A model generated the notes under the pieces. The model was given only the letters and a program-made list of their open reading frames with translations, was not told the origin of the DNA and made no database searches. A program made the position numbers and the translations under genes. Below, in pieces: positions 60,719-64,000 of a stretch of 64,000 bases of DNA (its first letter is position 1; every line of letters starts with the position of its first letter). The stretch covers positions 32,001 to 96,000 of IMG/VR virus record IMGVR_UViG_3300030451_003374; one strand, 5' to 3'. Origin of the DNA: a virus.

Positions 60719-61838
60719 AACTTTCTACCTCTGTCTCCTGTGGTGCAACCTGTAAACCTTTAGAACTAATCCAATGTTCTGTCCAAGGTAGTGGGTTGTT
60801 CTTTATGGGTGCATCATATATAGGATCTAGTCCAATCGCTCTCATTCTTTTATTGCAGATCCACTCAACATATTTAACAAGTAACTTATCGTTGAGTCCT
60901 ATCATGCTACCATCTTTGAATAAGTATTGTGCCCACTCTTTCTCTTCTTCCACTGCCATTCTATACATGTCAATGACAGTTTGCTCTTCTTCTTTCATTA
61001 TCTCACTCATGACAGGGTCATCTCCCTTCTGCCATGCCTTGATCATTTGTTGAGTGAGGACTGTGTGTTGGTTCTCATCTCTTGCAATAAGTGAGATGAT
61101 TTTTGCCGAACCTTCCATGAGTTTGAGTTCTCCAAATGCAAAACTGCAAGCAAAACTAACATAAAAACGAATACCTTCGAGTATATTGACATTAGATACA
61201 GCGAGATAAAGTTTACGTTTTAGTTCTTTCTCCTCATAAGACGCATTATAACTAGCATTCTTCCAGTCAGGTCTCCACCAGTTACTCTGATCATATTGAT
61301 GTGCCATGTTGATGAAGTCATCATAGGCAGCAGTCACTGACTTAGCACGTGCCAATATCTTATCATCATCCAGTATGGTATCAAAAACCTCTGCTGGATC
61401 TGGATAAACATTCTTGATAATATAAGTGTATGATCTACTATGAATCATCTCCATAAACTGCCATACATTCATAGCACCTTCTAACTCAGGCAGTGCACAG
61501 TAGGGTGAGAATGCCATACCAGGACCACGACCTTGTACAGAGTCAAGGAGTATTTGATACTTCAAATTAGAAGTAAATATATGCTTCTGCTCTGGACGTA
61601 GAGACTGATAGTCACCACGATCCTTTTGTAGAGACACCTCTTCTGGTCTCCAGAAGTATCCAAGCATCTGGTTTGTTAGTTTCTCAAACACAGGATACTT
61701 ATATGAATCATACCTCTGCACACCAAGGGGTGCACCAAAGAACATAGGTTGTTCTTTTGTATCGACATGTCCTTTATTGAAGACAGTCATACCATTGACT
61801 GGTGTAGACTCAGTCACTCTAAATTGCACAGGAATCAC
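60657..61838 (-). CDS. nrdB: Ribonucleotide reductase class Ia beta subunit
   Basis: FWRPEEVSL, LDSVQGR, EMIHSRSY, EGIRFYVSFACSF, RDENQH, VAPQETE. Confidence 0.97.
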   Translation of the reverse strand: MIPVQFRVTESTPVNGMTVFNKGHVDTKEQPMFFGAPLGVQRYDSYKYPVFEKLTNQMLGYFWRPEEVSLQKDRGDYQSLRPEQKHIFTSNLKYQILLDSVQGRGPGMAFSPYCALPELEGAMNVWQFMEMIHSRSYTYIIKNVYPDPAEVFDTILDDDKILARAKSVTAAYDDFINMAHQYDQSNWWRPDWKNASYNASYEEKELKRKLYLAVSNVNILEGIRFYVSFACSFAFGELKLMEGSAKIISLIARDENQHTVLTQQMIKAWQKGDDPVMSEIMKEEEQTVIDMYRMAVEEEKEWAQYLFKDGSMIGLNDKLLVKYVEWICNKRMRAIGLDPIYDAPIKNNPLPWTEHWISSKGLQVAPQETEVESYVVGGIKQDVKKDTFSGFKL

Positions 61839-64000
61839 AGGATTCTTCCGATAGGTTTTCTATTTCTGCTATTAGATCTTTTGTAGATGCTACCGGTTCC
61901 TCTATTTCATCACTCTTCATGTCATGAGTGTTCTGATAGTAGGAAGTTTTCCATCCATACTTATATGTGGTCAACAAATCTTGTGCCATAACAGAAACTG
62001 GCACTTCATTATTAGGATAATTCTCTGGGTTATATGACCAATTACCAGATATTGCTTGATCAAAGAATTTTTGCATCACAGAGACAACATTTATGTATCC
62101 CTGATTGTCTTTCATATTCCATAACAATGTATAGTTATTTTTTAGTTTACTATACTGTGGTACAACTTGCTTAAGAGGTCCTTTCTTTGACTTCTTAATG
62201 GACAAGTAGTCTCTAGGTGGTTCGATTCCATTGGTTGCATTTGACACAACGGAACTGCTCTCCGAAGGCATCTGTGCGGACAACGTGCTGTGCCTGAGTC
62301 CGAACTCCTTGATGTCATTCCGTAAAGAATCCCAATCATGTTGGTATGCTACTGTTGTAATCTCATCTACATCCTTCTTATATGTATCAATTGGAAGTTG
62401 TCCCAAAGAGTATTTTGTGCGGTCAAAATATTCACATGCACCCTTCTCTTTTGCCAGTTGATTTGATGCTTTTAGTAAGAAGTATTGGAACGACTCGGTT
62501 AGTGTATGTGCTGCGTCCCATGCCTCCTGAGAATCATAAGCAAACCCTAATTTTGCAAAGTAATGTGCTAGTCCAATGTAACCTATACCAAGAGATCTTC
62601 TTGCCTTAGTAGATTTCTCAGCAGCAGCAACAGGATACTCTTGATAATCTATAATCTCATCTAATGCTCTGACTGCAAGGTCACATAGTGACTCCAGTTC
62701 TTTATCCGACTGTACCTTTCCTACGTTTACAGCAGACAATATACACAGTGCTATCTCACCTTCCTTATCAATGTGTTGCAGGGGTGTAGTAGGTAGGGTA
62801 ATCTCCTGACAGAGGTTACTCATAGACACCTTGTCAATAAATGATGAATGACTATTGCAGTGGTCGATATTCATGATGTATATACGACCAGTCTCTGCTC
62901 TCTCCTTTAGAATTGCGAGGAAGAGTTCTTGTGCTGCAATGGTTTCTCTTGGGATTGATTCATCCAACTCGTAACTGCAATATAACTCATCAAACCTATC
63001 GGTCCCAAAACTCTCAAACAAGTCAGGACAATTATGAGGGGAAAAAAGCGAGATGTCTTGATTCTGGATAAACCTTTCGTAAAAAAGTTTTGAGATTTGG
63101 ATTGAGTAGTCGAGTTTTCTGACACGGTTGTCCTCTGTTCCTTTATTATTCTTGAGTACAATTATATCTTTTATTTCTTGGTGCCAGATGGGGAAGTGGA
63201 CAGTCGCTGATCCACCTCTAACGCCATTTTGAGTGCAGCATCTGACAGTGCTTTCAAACTTTTTGAGGAAAGGTATAACGCCTGTGTGTTGTACTTCTCC
63301 GCCACGGATTTTGCTGTTGATGCCACGGATTTTGCCCGCATTGATGCCGATACCCGCCCTCTGTGCAACATATTTGCCGATAGCCATATCACTGCTAAAG
63401 ATGCTATCGAGGGTGTCATCAATATCCACAAGAACACAGCTAGCGAATTGTCGAAGTGGAGTTCTAACTCCCGCCATGACAGGTGTGGGAATGTTGAGCT
63501 TGTGTTTGCTGATGCTGTTGTAGTATCTCTGAACATAACTGATTCTTGTTTCCTTAGGGTAGTTTGCAAATAGTGTAGCAGCAATCATAATGTACATCTG
63601 CTGTGGTGTCTCATACACTTCACCACTGCTTCTGTCTTGTACAAGATACTTGTCAAAGACTTGTCTCAATCCTGCATAGGTAAACAGGAAGTCACGATCA
63701 TGATCTATTATACCATCTATTTCATTGATCTCTTCATCAGAATATTTATCAAGCACTGTGGTGTCATACAGACCTCTCTCAACGCACTCCTTGATATGGT
63801 CATGAAGGTGTGGAATTGTTTCTAACTTACCATACAGACCCTTACGGAGGGCAAAGAGCATAAGTCTAGCAGCAACGAACTGGTAGTTAGGATTGTCAAG
63901 TGTTATTAGATCACTAGCAGACTTGATTAGAATATTCTGTATCTCAGCAGTAGTGATACCATCATAGAATTGTATACCAGATTGTATCTCCACCTGTGAT
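61819..64000 (-). CDS. nrdA: Ribonucleotide reductase class Ia alpha subunit (5' end outside the window)
   Basis: PTPVMAG, SCVL, GIN.G.IR, SNLCQEI, PSESSS, KTSYYQNT, C-terminal CDSC; frame is open to the window edge. Confidence 0.97.
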   Translation of the reverse strand, partial: SQVEIQSGIQFYDGITTAEIQNILIKSASDLITLDNPNYQFVAARLMLFALRKGLYGKLETIPHLHDHIKECVERGLYDTTVLDKYSDEEINEIDGIIDHDRDFLFTYAGLRQVFDKYLVQDRSSGEVYETPQQMYIMIAATLFANYPKETRISYVQRYYNSISKHKLNIPTPVMAGVRTPLRQFASCVLVDIDDTLDSIFSSDMAIGKYVAQRAGIGINAGKIRGINSKIRGGEVQHTGVIPFLKKFESTVRCCTQNGVRGGSATVHFPIWHQEIKDIIVLKNNKGTEDNRVRKLDYSIQISKLFYERFIQNQDISLFSPHNCPDLFESFGTDRFDELYCSYELDESIPRETIAAQELFLAILKERAETGRIYIMNIDHCNSHSSFIDKVSMSNLCQEITLPTTPLQHIDKEGEIALCILSAVNVGKVQSDKELESLCDLAVRALDEIIDYQEYPVAAAEKSTKARRSLGIGYIGLAHYFAKLGFAYDSQEAWDAAHTLTESFQYFLLKASNQLAKEKGACEYFDRTKYSLGQLPIDTYKKDVDEITTVAYQHDWDSLRNDIKEFGLRHSTLSAQMPSESSSVVSNATNGIEPPRDYLSIKKSKKGPLKQVVPQYSKLKNNYTLLWNMKDNQGYINVVSVMQKFFDQAISGNWSYNPENYPNNEVPVSVMAQDLLTTYKYGWKTSYYQNTHDMKSDEIEEPVASTKDLIAEIENLSEESCDSCAI

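Noticed and set aside
62219-62229. GGTTCGATTCC, a tRNA T-arm-like string
   Set aside because: Lies antisense within nrdA coding sequence (NGIEPP); no acceptor, D or anticodon arms around it
63301-63335. 14-nt direct repeat GCCACGGATTTTGC
   Set aside because: Encodes the normal NrdA segment GKIRGINSKIRGG; a protein-level repeat, not a mobile or CRISPR repeat
1239-63825. Numerous plus-strand ORFs in the track (e.g. 3778-4137, 8195-8695, 11011-11550, 46494-47081)
   Set aside because: They are antisense shadows of well-supported minus-strand genes, with Ser/Pro/Leu-rich non-protein-like composition and no motifs

Overview
64 kb segment of a T4-like cyanomyovirus genome, most likely infecting Prochlorococcus (Prochlorococcus-type D1 motifs, no psbD next to psbA, large LPS-like glycosylation island reminiscent of P-SSM2). 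Almost all genes are on the minus strand. Left to right: (i) start of a large virion fibre-like gene and the baseplate hub/tail module (split gp5, gp27-like, two tape-measure-like proteins, gp51, gp26, gp54-like, gp4, gp2-like, gp48, gp53) with cp12 embedded; (ii) replication/late-transcription genes (gp32, gp59, gp33, exonuclease, phoH, denV, thyX) interleaved with three radical SAM enzymes, a carbamoyltransferase split into two N-terminal genes and one C-terminal gene, and a psbN-like gene; (iii) a tandem glutamine-riboswitch locus whose second aptamer carries a complete 60-aa ORF in its P2 loop, upstream of a DUF4278 peptide; (iv) a probable manA RNA with its own promoter and terminators, and psbA with a PhotoRC-II-like leader; (v) a ~17.5 kb glycosyltransferase/NDP-sugar island (four DUF616 domains, GT25, GT2/7, GT11 x2, GT10-like, GT47-like, GT17, FkbM-like, GDP-mannose epimerase-like, RfbH, RfbB, PMI cupin); (vi) talC, a late operon of signal-peptide proteins and membrane proteins; (vii) four SGNH-like paralogs with a eukaryote-type phosphomannomutase and a sulfotransferase-like gene; (viii) nrdB and partial nrdA. 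No tRNA, CRISPR array, intron or intein was seen. All family assignments are from motif recognition by eye; no database search was run.
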